Shown: positions 51,209 through 64,000 of the stretch, in pieces
Layout of the letters: the number at the start of each line of letters is the position of its first letter
Numbering within the stretch: position 1 is the first letter of the stretch
From: Blasia pusilla
Lineage: Eukaryota
Length of the DNA: 64,000 nucleotides
Assembly: GCA_050084515.1 (NCBI GenBank)
Contig: CM114271.1
Location: 40,920,001-40,984,000 of the forward strand
Direction of reading: 5' to 3'
Notes under the pieces: model-generated
Told to the model about the DNA's origin: nothing
The model's database searches: none
What the model saw: only the letters and a program-made list of their open reading frames with translations
Made by a program: the position numbers and the translations under genes

Positions 51209-52686
51209 CTTATCCCCTTAAAGTCCAGAAAACGTCTCCCACTCTCCGCGTCCCTCTCCTGCTTCTCCTCCGGATTGCGTCTTCCTATGAGTAACGACAG
51301 AGTGAGCAATTCTTCCAGACAATCCCAACCTTCGGCACCTGCAGCTCCGACAAGAACACCTAAACCCAAACCTTCTCATGCAACTGCACAACGGTAGATA
51401 TCCTTTCCTTCCACTTAGCTCCAGCTCACCGCTATGGGCTAGTTAGGCTAGTCAGTGGGATATGGGTCCCACTGACTGGTTCCACGGATATCCTTCTCTC
51501 CGACTTCTTTCCATTCTTTCCTTTGACCGTTCCATGCGACGCGATGCTTCTGCTCCTCCCCTCCATCGCCAGCCGCCATCTTTCTCACCGCTGCTCTAGG
51601 AGTTAAGTTACGGGCGCTCAGCTTCACTGCTATTCAACAACGTCTGACACTACGCTCCGCCAATTCTGGAGGTTCTCTGAATGTGTGTACGATCATGGCG
51701 GCGCTTCCACGGACGGTATAGGTTTCATGGACGAGGTGGCCGTGCTCCTAGGTTTGTCTAGTTCGTAGGTTCGTACGAGGTTCACACCATTTTTTTTAAA
51801 TGATTAAGAATGATTTACGAGCCAAAGGCTAAACCCCGAACTTCGGCAGCCATATATGGCGTCCACATTCACATTTCTCTCGGATCTCCGCAACCACGTG
51901 ACTGTTGAAGTAACTGTCTTGGGGCTAGTGTAAGTACATTCAGTAGCGGATTCGACTTTGTAACCCAATACAAGTGTCAAAGGTGTGGGTATTGGAGGTG
52001 GGTGGGCCGGGAAAAAACTTATAGCTCGTATATAAAAATCACCTTTAGTTCGTAGGAGAGTAGGACGGGAAGTTTTGGCACCATGGAGAGAAGAAAGAAT
52101 TGGAAAGACTGAAATAACATGTAGGGAAAAAGAGAATAGGACCAGAAGTTTTGGGATGGAATTAATAGGAGGTATTCTTGTGCTACATGTTATTAAAGTC
52201 ACACGAATATTATTACACAGATCTATTTGAGACATAAATGCAAAACTTTGATACATTGTATGGAGAAATCACACAAAGATACACTTAGGGGTCGTAATCA
52301 AGGCTTCCATTCATATGGAAGCCTTAGACATAAAATTACCATATGACCACGCGTACCTGTAGCTTAGCATAACCCATCCAATATCCTTGGTTTAGGAGTT
52401 TTTAGATGGAACACCAATGACTATGGAGCCCATGACGATGGTGGATGTTTTCGGTCTAAATAGCAACCCTTGCAACTTTCATGTCATGTCCTTGCTCGAT
52501 TCCCGCATGCGTGACAATCGTTTGTGAGGCATGTCCTTGTTATTTGTTCCTTCATATGTCCATATGTTCAATTTATACACAACCCACTAAAACTCGCTGA
52601 ATTGAAGATCATCAATATCTTAGGCTCTTTCCATATCCTTCTCTCTCAATGGTTCTCATGTCTCTTACTCAAAGATATCTAGTGTT

Positions 52687-53346
52687 TGTCACGTCATAGT
52701 TAGCCGACATGTAGAGTTGTATCATGTCGATGGCCTAGAGAGTCAATGGGTTATCTAGGTGTAACTTGATCCTAAGTGGTCAGATGAGATTGATGACATC
52801 TCTATTGCGTCAAGATAATCATTTAGGAAAATCCCTCTCTTTTGCTATTTTGCTCTAGATGACCGATTAACCAAGTGAACGATAACCTGAGTGCATGGGT
52901 TACCATTTTGAGTTGTTCTTGGGGGAAGAACACTTTTGGCCCTTCCCAAGGGTGTTAAGGTGAGGGAGATGGCCTTCACAAGCCATCTTTCTCGAGTTAA
53001 GCATTTGGAGCACTCATCCTTTTAGGGTTTGATAGGAGCTTGGGTATTAGAGTCTGGACTCCCTCATGGCGGAGGGTAGATATGGCTTGATATGCACATG
53101 TAGATTCAATGATGGAGTTGGTACGGCCCAAAGAAGACGAGATACTTTGTGGGTCCGAAGGGCCGGGGTGTGAGTCATTTTTGCTTCCATTTTTTGTGTG
53201 GTCTCGGTGTACATATATGAGTCTATTTTTGTATGTCCAAGCATCGATCTATCCGTGTGTTGGGAAGATTGACGGTGTTTATTATGTGGATGTGAACTGT
53301 GATGTCAATAGTGTAGTGAATACTAGTGATGTGTATGCACATGACA
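52687..53346 (+). mobile_element. ~660-bp solo-LTR-like or non-autonomous unit
   Basis: Starts TGTCACGTC and ends GATGTGTATGCACATGACA; homologous to 42388-42973. No TSD seen. Confidence 0.65.
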
Positions 53347-54000
53347 CCACTCTGTCTCATCAATGTTTGCCTACTTGCATGTTGACTCCTTTGATATTTG
53401 CGTCTCTATCACTTGATCGAGTTCCTCTCGAGACGTGAGGAAGTCTTACCGAATTTGTATTGTCCATAGGATCCAATATCTATATCATGACATATGTTTC
53501 TTTATAACATATGTCATGAAGAAACATGACATATGTTATAAATGCCAAAGCATCCTTAATGGTTATTATTAGTACATGTATACTCTCCATATCCCCCTTT
53601 TGACACAAAATATCTCCAAAGTCTTATTAATGTGTACCTACTATCATTCACAATGTTTCCTTCCATGCAATGTATCTATGTGAATCTCTCATAGGATCAC
53701 CTTTGATCCTTATTGGCCATCAATTCTCGTATCTTTTGTTAAGAGATACATGTTTTATATGTCTTCTACAAGATCCCTCCAAATTCTTTCTAGCCACACG
53801 TTTAGACAAATTGTAATCCTCTGGCAATTATAGTAGCACTTCTACACAAAAATCCTCTCATTAAACAAAGAACCAAAAATTTTGAAGTTCTCTTAAGCAT
53901 CCCCTTGAGCCATGGAGTGGAAGAAAAAGGTCCCCAAACTATAAAAAAATTGAAATAAAAAACTCAAGTGGCGCGTCTCCTCTCCAAAAATCTTGCATAA

Positions 54001-54003
<3 letters not shown>

Positions 54004-54059
<56 letters not shown>
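54004..54059. repeat. (CT)n microsatellite
   Basis: Uninterrupted TC dinucleotide run. Confidence 0.98.
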
Positions 54060-54063
<4 letters not shown>

Positions 54064-54350
54064 AGATCTTCTCATTCTATATTTATAAAATCTGATATCA
54101 TCAAGCACACTCACACTCCATATCTCTCCTTGATGTCAAACCAAACTTATCTTCATAGTGAGAGGTTTTGGTCACTCATAAGGCAAGGACCACCATAATT
54201 CCGTTGCATAATGGAAGAAGATTCAACAAAGAGAGAATGAGCTCTCAAGCTCTTCCTCCTTGAAACATATCTCCTTTCCCATCCCAAAGATTTTGCTCCT
54301 TGAGATATACTCTCTCTCCCTTTCCCAAGCCCTCTCCTTAGTGAGTTGCG
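54060..54350 (-). mobile_element. Degenerate fragment related to the LTR-like sequence at 290-540
   Basis: Shared ATGTCAAACCAAAC and TTCAACAAAGAGAGAATGAGCTCTCAAGCTCT. Confidence 0.7.
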
Positions 54351-56418
54351 CACCATGTCATCCTTCTCTATACGAAGTCATCCTTGACCTAACATGATTG
54401 ACATGCTTATAACCTTCCTAGGTACACTGTGTAAATACTCTCTACTCCAATATAAAAGACATGGCAACTTGAATACTTAAGCTAGTGCACCCCAGATTTC
54501 TTAGGTGTCTTAGGCTTTAAGGTTTGGAGTGAAGGCAACACTTTCTTATATGCTTTTTAGATTTCTCCAAAATTGAGCCTTTTTGTGAGAAAAATGATAT
54601 TGAAATTTCTTGATGATTTTTTTATTTGGTGCCTATAATTGGAAACTTGCAAATTTTTCATAGAATGTAAGACGTGCCAAACTAAATATCACCAACGGAT
54701 GATGGCTATGGTTTTGATAAACAAGACATCATTATTTTGGTCGTCTGAGATTGTCTTAACCTTGAAGAAAGTGTTTCCTTCACTCCAAGCATATTTTTCC
54801 TCCACCGCTTAAATTCTTCTCTCCTCAAATTTTCTCTTTCTCTACTTGCAAATATCCTACTTGCCAATTGATTCTTCTTACTCTTCAATGCAACTACAAA
54901 CTTTGCAATGCAAAGCTAGCAAACACACATTCCCCTCAAAAAAACAAACAGACACTACTACTACTACTTTTGAAGTAACTCGAGCTTATTTGGCTATCCT
55001 TTCAGTCACGTCATTTATTATTGTAATTTGGAAGAAAAATCCAAAGAGTTGTGGAAAGAGCTTCACAGCAACTATATAGTTGCAAGCTTGCGATAGTTAG
55101 AATTGCAAGACAATCACATATTGTGATCCCAAGCCACACTTTGCAATTATGCCGTAGACAAGATATGTCATTTTATTACACTTGCAACACAATCGCATGA
55201 CACTTGCAATCAACCAAAAGTTAGCCGCATGACAACCATCAAGTACTCGTAAGCTAGTTGCAAATTTGCAATTCTCACTTGCATAGCATCTGCAAACTTG
55301 TCGTAAAGAAGAACTATTATTTCTTAATAATATTAATTTTTCAAGAAAATCTGCAATTTTGGCCAATAAAATTCACATTCCATATTTTAACAATTGCAAA
55401 ATCTCCCAAAATCCATTTTAATACAAAATATTTCCAAAATTTCTAGTAATCTACAACGAGAATCATCCTACTATCTACATCAAGGTCGTGCGTCTAACGT
55501 ACCACACCCACGGGACTATGCAAGATGGGATCACCGGATCATATGGCTACTTACTAGTAGGACCCTCACTAACTAGCCTAGAAGTATCCATTTGGTGCCA
55601 ACTACGAATAGTCCCTCTAGATCCACTAGGCTTATTGCTGAAGGATGACCTCCTCGATTTGAGGGTAGGTTCATGATTTATGAGGTGACTCTCGAGCACC
55701 TTATCATTTTATGTCATGTTCTCCTCCTACTCCCACTTCTCCCCCTCCTTGATGTAGGAGCCTTCATCATACAAAGGGTTAGATTCCACAATCTGATTTG
55801 ACCCAAGTTGTATTGGAGGACGTTCCTCATCAATATGAGGAATGCTTGACTACACACACTTTGACTCACTTACACTAGTATTCTGTAATAATCTGAAAAT
55901 GCTTTAAACATAGAAACACTCTATAATTTAGGTACTTACCAAGGCTACTAGGATATCCTGATTGGCAAAGATGTCCTCTTGTCTCCTCCAACCTAGCCAC
56001 ATAACCTCTATCACCTCAATAGTGGGGTACTCACTATACTTTGTGAATTGCACAAGACACTCACGTAGTTAGTTAAACATTCTAAAATGTCACTCATATA
56101 TTTTAGGAATCTGTCGTGCGCATACACATCACTACACAACATAGATCGTTGTCACCGAACACACACACAAACACACACGATCCCATGCTAACTCATGGCA
56201 TCCAAACAACAAGACAAGAAGTACCAAAATATCTCCAATCGCCCCCTAGATGGTGGTTAGGTCCCTCTAACTCTAGATAGCCATCTATCCCTACCTACCA
56301 TGACATACATCTCTCCGACACTAAGAGCAAGAAGGCCGGGTGCTCATGTGGCCCCATCGTTAGTCGCCTTCTTGTCATCCATGTCATAGACATAAGTTGA
56401 AATATAGAACTACCTACT

Positions 56419-56570
56419 CTATGAACATCTGGGACACATCCATCGTTCCTTAGGAACCCTAGTGAGAGGTGGCGTCAAGCATGCCATATGCCATCCTCTC
56501 GAACATCCATCACACACTAGCATAGTGGCTGCACCACAAGCTAAACCACACAACATACATCGCAAGCTTG
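56419..56570 (-). other. PHD finger at the integrase C-terminus
   Basis: CMLCGLACGAATMLVCDGCSRGWHMACLTPPLTRVPKERWMCPRC is a complete C4HC3 pattern with the conserved W. Confidence 0.95.
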
Positions 56571-59500
56571 CAGGAACTACTGCTAAGCTTGGATCAATTG
56601 TATCGTCAATGTTCGGAAGGTGACACGGTGCACAGTTACGCACATGGTCCTTCCAAACCATACCATCGCGTCCCTCCAATAAGAAAACACTTGATGGCAA
56701 AATCTCACGTACTCTCAAGATGGTGCGCTCTGGAGTCACATCCAACGTCGTGGGTGCCGTCTGCTGCAAGTAAACATAGTCTCCCTCATGAAACCTCCGG
56801 ATAGTAGGTCGATAACCACCCCCCCAAAATAGTCGCATACCTCAATGTATCCCGATGCTACGCAATCGCCAAGTTCTCAAAGGCCATGGGCATCACTCTC
56901 TGAAAAAATTCAGCCCTCTAAGAACATGCTCGCATCCATACATCACGGTCATCAAGGTTCAATACCTCACCAACATCTTGATGAATGGTCGTAGGTAAAT
57001 GGCTCTCAGCCATACAAAAGCAAGTACGGTGAGAAAGACGTTAAGGATGCCTGCCTGCTGAATTTGTATCCCATCGCCAACCACGGCAAGTGAAGGTCCC
57101 AATCTCCTATGTGACCTCTCTGCAAGCCATACTTGCGTAGTCCTCTCTTCATCGTCTGCACAACCCACTCCGCTAGTCCATCCGCCTCAGGATGATCTTG
57201 TGAAGTAGTGTCATGGTCGATTAGTGCCTGATCACACAAGGTCTGAAACTCCCCACGAAACTATGTACCCTAGCCTGTCAACACCTCAATTGGTGCGCCG
57301 TAATGACTCAACACTAGATCTAGGAAGGCATACGCTACTCCCTCACTTGCTTTGTCAGGCAATGCAACCAACTCTATCCACTCCGAGAAGTGCTCGACCA
57401 TCACCAACACATAACGACTATGGCGCTTTGTCAAAGGCAAAGGTCTTGAAAATCCAAACTCCATCTATAACCTAAACCCATGATCGAAAGTGGATGCAAC
57501 TGTGGAGTCGAACGATGCTCGGACTCGATCACACACCATGCATCTGGCAACAAACTGTTGAACATTAGTCTGCATGCCTCGCCATCAATACTGAATCTGG
57601 AGCAAGCTGTACGTCCACTTCACTCCAAAATGACCCAAATTCTCCTAGGCATGACGCACCAAATGTGCTCTCTGCAAAGGATGAGGCACTACACGCACTC
57701 TACCATCCTCCCACACTCGCAACACATGTGTGCCCTCCCACCAGAACCGTCTGGCTCGCTATAGGATCCGATCCCGCTCTCTAGTACCCACTGTGCTCGC
57801 AACGTTGCCAGTACGCAGGTACTCCAAGACCACTCCATCCTTGTGAATGTCTCGGCCACTTGTCGTCTCCTCACCGGCCTCTAGATCTAAGGACTCTCCA
57901 TCAGACCTTGCCATCGAAGTCTCAAAAATCTGGCTCTCCATAGCCAACAAGCCCAAATAGGCTCACGCATGCCATCCTGACACCAACTCCTCATCACTCT
58001 CACCATGCCAACGAGCTCCAATCACATATCGCTGACTTGGGCATGGGTTACGGCTCAAACCATCTACATCCTGGTTTAGCATCCCAGGTTTATGCACCAC
58101 TTGGAAGTCATACTCTTGCAACAAAAGAGCCCACCTTGCAAGCTTCCTTGTCAGCTTTTCCGACTCCATCAACCACTCAAGTGGCTGATGATCAGAAATG
58201 ATGGTAAAGGGATTGCTGAATAGGTAACATCTAAAATGTGCGACAACCTACATTGCAGCCAAGCACTCACCCTCATACGAGCTATACTTTGTCTCTGCGG
58301 CGTTGTTCGAGCGACTAGCGTAAGCCACCACGAACTCTCTATCATCATTGTCATGCTGGGTGAGCACGGCTCCAATCCCCGACACGCTTCAATCGCTATG
58401 CAACTGGAAAAGACGCCCCCTGATTGGTCTCCTTAATATGGTCGCGGATGTCAATCTGTCCTTGAGCATCAGAAATGCTCTCTCCTGCTCATCCCCCTAG
58501 TGCCATTCTTGATCCACCTTGGTCAGCAAGGTTAGCGGCTTTGCAATCCAACTGAAACCCTTGACGTACCGTCGATAGAAGTTCGCCAATCCCATGAATG
58601 CACAAACTCGACTCATATATGTAGGGCGTGGAATGCGTGAAATAGCCTCTACCTTCATCTCTTGCACACCAAGGCCCCCTGGGTATATCGTATGACCCAA
58701 GTACTCAATCTGGTCATCGAAGAACTTGCACTTGCTTGGATGTAGCTTCAACCCATGTAACTGTAATCGTCGAAACACCTCCTCTAGATGTCGCTAATGC
58801 TCCTCAACCGTGGCGCTAAAGGCTACGATGTCATCAATATTATATCTACCAAAATCCACACCTGCCAAGATCCAATCCATGACCCTCTGAAACTCTGCCG
58901 GGCGTTCTTTAGCCCAAATGGTAAGAACCGCCATTGATACAAATAATCCTTCTCGTAAGGATCAATGCCCCAAAATGCCGTCTTCAACTTGTCCTCCAAT
59001 CTGATAGGCAGGTGATGGTATCTGACTTGCAAATCCAATGAACTGAAGACCTTTTGCATGTCCAATCGCATCAAAGATCTCCTCAAGGGTGGGCATGACA
59101 TACCTATCGCACTTCGTGTGCTGATTTATAGGTTGGTAATCTCCACACATCTGCCTATCCGTCCAGTTGCCTGCACATCCTTCTTGGCGGGCGTGACAAT
59201 GGCAGATGCATACTCTCCATGCAACATCTCCACTAGTCCTACGCCAACCAAGTCTTGGCTCCTACTCTGAATCAAATCCCTCTTCATGTCACTGTACCTA
59301 TAGGGTCATCGGAAGATCGGCTTGTCACTTGACAACTCAATGCGGATCCCTGGACCCTTTAGCGAACCCAAATCCTGCATACTAAATGCAAAACAACTCC
59401 TATAACTCCTAAGGAACTGATGTATCTGGCGCCACTCCCCTCTTGTCAACTTAGGCCGATATATGGCTCCCAAGTATCCATCGTGACTACAGTAGGATTC

Positions 59501-59839
59501 TCTGGCGTGGGTGTTGGTGGTTGCTATGGTACAATCCCGTCTTGGACAACAAAACTCGACTGCTCCCCTGCAGCCTACTACAAAATTGGATCTCCATTTG
59601 AAGTATCCTAAACCACGCTCGATGTTGTGGCTACCATCTCCTTGGGTACCTGCAAAACATCCCAAGAAGTCCAAGGGTGTCTCTCTCGATCATCCTTGGT
59701 GTGTCGATCTCCTCAAGTCTCGCCCCCAGCCACTGCCTCAACCGTCTTGGTAGGCATGGCGCTCACCAATGCAACTTTTGTGATCTGTCGTATTCTCAAA
59801 CGACGTTGCTCAGCTACTCCTAAGTTGAAAATCCATGTC

Positions 59840-60745
59840 AAGCAGTTCATGTCCATCGCATGACCCAAGACATGACATCGTGATGCCTTCGATAGTGACG
59901 GTATTGCCGTCACTCCTGTGGGGAATCCCATTGCTTGCTCTCGCTCATCGGCATTGGGCTCCACCAACATCTGTACTGGTCATCTCAAACCAAGCCAGCT
60001 CCGGCCTCCTTGAATGCATAGGAAGGGGGAAAACTCACCAATGTGGGAAAGGCTGCTCGTGGCATGCCAATCCTGTTGACCATAATCAACAGCGATCGAT
60101 CATCGTGCCTCATTTCCTGTGATCGACGGCCCGGATCCAATATAGAATCCACCAACAAATCGGAGGGATGCTCCACTCTCACATAAGCCCTCCGCAACAC
60201 CTCATGTGGTACCAAGTTGGTCCACCAAAGACGCAGGCGGTGTGCTCTAGAACCTACACTCGCCCTATCTAAAAACACTGTCAGGCCGATCCATGCGCGC
60301 ACTTGATGTGCACTCGTCACCACGCGGGACCTCGAATCGCCCCAAATCGGCACATTCTCCAAAATGTATGTTGGAGAACGAGGTTGATGCTCATGTAAAT
60401 ATTGCAATATCTGCATCATCTCCCAAAACAACCTGGACCAAGTATCAGCTACCTTGTCCATCACTCGATTGGCCCTGACACGGCCAACCACCAATGACCA
60501 AGTCTATGGTCCCTACCCGCTCCAAGCCCTGCACCCCCAACAATGAAATGTCCCTCGATAGGGAACTCTGGTAAACCTAAATGGCGGACGTAGACAAGAA
60601 GTCGGGAAACTGCGCCACATGTTGAAGTGAAGCGCGCCTCGCAACATCGTCAATCTCCACATACAGGTATTGCTGCACGCGCACTCCAACATGCAAAACA
60701 ACAGCTAACCCAATGTTGATCCCTCCAAAGAGATCCAACACCCAA
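59840..60745 (-). pseudogene. C5-cytosine DNA methyltransferase domain within pol (frameshifted)
   Basis: Motif I VLDLFGG (60721-60741), II YLYVEID, IV DLVIGGWPCQG (~60472-60505), VI YILENV (60351-60368), VIII HRLRLWWTNL, IX/X EREQAMGFP..SRCHVLGHAM, all in canonical order. Confidence 0.93.
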
Positions 60746-62639
60746 ATATCCTCCTCTAGAATACACCACACAATCGGGGTGGTGTCCAAAGGAATCATAG
60801 CAGCACTCCCGCCTACTTGGGATTCCTCTGACCCGTCACACTCTAGTGCAAACGTCTCGCTCCACGCGGTCTGCACATGCTCACTGGCTAAGTGTCGAAG
60901 CTCCTCAGTCGAGCCCCAAAGCGGCACCTCTCCTCCACGGACTGATGCTGCTACCATGACACTCCTCTCCATATAAATATTAGGAACGGGCATATCCTCT
61001 GCATGGACATGTCCTTCAATCAAATCACTAGGCCAAGTGATGGCAGTGCTAAACGCTGCTAAGGTCGCCATCTCTCATGGCCGTCACTCGATCATTGCAT
61101 CTGTGAATCAAACGGGTAATGAGCTAAGGCGCCCATCACCTGACTGCCATCTTGGTTTGTAGGACCCTCAATCCTCCTAGTAATATAGGGAAAACCCCAT
61201 CGGGTATAACATTGCTTCACCAACCAAGACGTCGTAGGACTCTGCATCAGTCACGATCGCCTTGGCTCGCACCACGGACTCATCTGTAGGATGTCCCAGG
61301 CGAATCCTCACCACCATCTCTTGTCAAGTGATATAATGTGTGGTATTTGCTCATCCAAGGATGTCTGTATCCAGAATGGACAATGCTCCATATCGGCTCT
61401 CGTCAAGCCCAATCCTCTAAATGACGCTTTCCCCAACATCAGGGGTTGCGATCCTGAATCCAACAAGATGCGCTGCGGACTAAAACCTCTACCTCATGGA
61501 CTCACCAACTGGAAGACCTTTCCCCAGTTACCCAGCAAAATAACACCAAGAGAAGCCATGGCATGCTCTATCGCGGATCTAGCGGGCATCTCCGCCATCC
61601 TAGCAGCCACAACCTGCCATGAATATGACGTGGACGTATCAAGCTCCAAGGCCAAGTCCATCACCTTCTCTGCAATCATCTCTCAACATGATGCAAAAAT
61701 TCCAACTCCATGCTCACATAGCATAGCGACCAGCCGAAAAACCTCGGTGGGTGTACCTCCCAACGTCACAACATTCGAAGCAAAAAATAAAGGAGCGTGG
61801 TACACAACGATGGCTGCCCCCAACAACGTGCTCAACACATGCCCCTCCTGAGCATCAGCAATATGAGTCATCACACTCGCTTCTCCCATCGCCCTCTGTG
61901 CCTGCACACCAACAACATCACCAACTCTCCATGAACTTTGATCAGGATCTCTAGATCTCACTGATCTATCCTAAAAGACGTGACAAATGTTAGCCATCTC
62001 AACTAAATGTATCCTCCTCTGGTGGGTTCCTAGAACCACTTCTAGAGGGATCTCCCCACTAACCCCCCCCTCCCTCTTTTTCCATGGAAAGAAAGAGAAA
62101 AGAAGCAAGTCGTAAAATGACAAGGGCTTTGCTACATCTCCAAGGAGTCTCTTTGGCAAAGATAAGGCAGAATCATAGGTTGAAAATTGCGGAATGAGTC
62201 AAATAAAGGGGTTAGTGGCAATAAATCCTTTGTTTGGCGTTTGCCATTATCTTGTGGCTATGTTGTGATTGACATCGCCATTATTTGTGCGATTGTCATG
62301 CGAGTATCAAGAGCCACAAGAAAATTGCATGGGGATTCAAACTTTGCAACTACCTAGCGACTATGGGCACTTGCATACAACGTGTGGCTATGAGAAGTCG
62401 CAATCGAGACCGTAGTTGCAATCGCGGGAAAAGTGGATGTCATTAATCAACCACATAGTGAGCACTCACAATTCATATTCACTAGACAGCCACAAAGCAC
62501 CCATACGTAAAGGTAGAGACAAGGAGTGCTTGCCATAGAATCCATATGAACAAGCCTATCACCTTATGTTAGATAGTGATTTACGTATACATGTTACTTT
62601 TTGACTTGTGAATCTAAATGTCATAGTATGAATCTACAT

Positions 62640-63560
62640 GAGTTATATTGAACTTGGGCATATAAAAAGAATGAGACATACCATCAAGTAAAAAGGAGGG
62701 AAATGAATTTCCCTAAGGCATAAAATGGTCAACACATCCTCTTTTGAAGATGTGAGATTCGTAAGATCCCATATTTCCACACAAAGTTGATGAAACACTC
62801 GTGACATATGCACAATAGTCATCCCCACAACAACTTTCATGAAACTTCATAAGCAATATGCAAGCAAAAATTGCATACAAACATGAAAGACATGGGACTT
62901 TAAACTTCCAAAATTTAATCTTGACATTTGCTTTTGTAAAGCACGTACATGCATAAGCACTTGGCACTTTGAGTGCACCCACTCTCACATTCAAAACTTG
63001 TATCCTATCAATATCAATAGTTATTACATAATCTACTTCAATTTCAACTTAACTTGGCTCTACTAGGATAAGATTAATGCCATAACTGAAGATAATTATC
63101 CCGAAAAAATTGGTGTTTATAATGATATCAAAATCATCTTTGGGTTGTGTAAGAAGGATTTTGTCAAATTTAGGCAAGATATGAATCAAATCCAAATTAT
63201 GTTGAATCAACAAGTCTTGAAAAATGCCCAATGTAGAAGTAGGCATTAGACCGAGAATATTAATTGGGATATTGGGGCACAAAATGAGAAAATTTGAGTC
63301 AGGTTCATGTCAAAATGTATGTTGCTTCTTTAGACACCACATTTTTTTTAAAGGATCTACAAGTCAAGGTTCACATCTTCTTTGCCTAATTTTATGGGCA
63401 ATATCAAACTCCATTTTTTTTGGGTTCGCTAGAATTACCTCACCTTAACACTTGATACTCAAGCTGGATTTGCACATGTCTCAATCGTCTTGTTGAATAA
63501 GTGTGCCATATAGCTTCTCCATGTATGGATGATCCCTATCTTTGTACCGTCTATGGCATT
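62640..63560 (-). pseudogene. CACTA/En-Spm transposase remnant
   Basis: GSLKSHVFHVCMQ...SRVFHQLC...TILCLREIHFPPF resembles the CACTA GLKSHD.H..MQ / LC.LE..FPP.FFD blocks; DHPY near 63530. Confidence 0.65.
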
Positions 63561-64000
63561 GTGTGAAGGTTTAGAGTAGTAAAAGTTCACTCGTAGTCTA
63601 CAAACAAAACATCCTTGCTAGTTATCCTTTTGTGCAATGACTCAAGAGGATCCCACATTCGGTATCATTAAAGACAGAACAATATCTAGTATCGAGTTAT
63701 ATATACAATACAAATCATTGAATTTCCCTTGCATTTTCCCTAAGTCTTTACTTGCGGCCTAATCCGCAAGATGGATATGTAGTAAGGAGATACGTGTAAA
63801 TAATGGTGGGTGGATGGAGGTGGAGGGGTATGTATTAGTAACATAGTTGGAGAGGGTTATGCCACCATCTTTTATGAAAGGGCAATGTCATTGGCTGCTT
63901 TATTTGGCAAGGGAGGAAAGTATTATAAGTCACATACACTGTAAATGGATGCATTTGTTTGAGCACTACATTGAAGATGGATTGAAGGCTTTGGTCTATA

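Larger units (their letters stand above)
56112..61985 (-). mobile_element. Ty3/gypsy retrotransposon copy 2 (gag deleted): protease - C5-MTase - RT - RNase H - integrase - PHD; degenerate
   Basis: Protease RILLDSGSQPL (~61440-61475) and YDVLVG. RT: KTAFWG..FLPFGLKNA, NIDDIV, KCKFF..IEYLGH, FMGLANFYRRYV. RNase H: LARWALLLQEYDF..DGLSR. Integrase core, then PHD. Termini TGTCACG / GCACGACA. Confidence 0.93.

Noticed and set aside
59840-60745. Functional host DNMT3/DRM gene
   Set aside because: Intronless, frameshifted and embedded between retroelement protease and RT.
56107-61990. Target-site duplication around gypsy copy 2
   Set aside because: Flanks GAATC and AATGT give only a partial, offset match.

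Overview
Eukaryotic, transposon-rich plant DNA. The HIP protein and TE families suggest a land plant, possibly non-seed; the species cannot be determined. There is one clear host gene, a multi-exon Hsp70-interacting protein (HIP/ST13-like, minus strand, 46419-51208), and one tentative spliced Cys-rich/EGF-like membrane-protein gene (~4.3-6.0 kb). The rest is nested, decayed mobile elements, and two families carry DNA methyltransferase domains. (1) A Ty3/gypsy family has a C5-cytosine methyltransferase domain between protease and RT and a PHD finger after integrase. The best copy is 56112-61985 (-); pieces lie at 9155-12325 + 32313-33673 and 41431-42385. (2) A large putative DNA transposon is present in two oppositely oriented copies within 12326-32312. 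It pairs a Mutator-like transposase with a divergent, intron-containing gene encoding a ParB/Srx-like domain fused to a beta-class N6A/N4C methyltransferase-like domain. Its non-coding DNA holds dozens of ~27-bp palindromes GCAACCCGTCGGANTCCGACGGGTTGC. Family 2 sits inside the gag zinc knuckle of family 1. Also present: a truncated Ty1/copia, a MITE, a CACTA remnant and minisatellites. All TE coding regions have stops or frameshifts. Domain calls are motif recognition by eye, not database searches.
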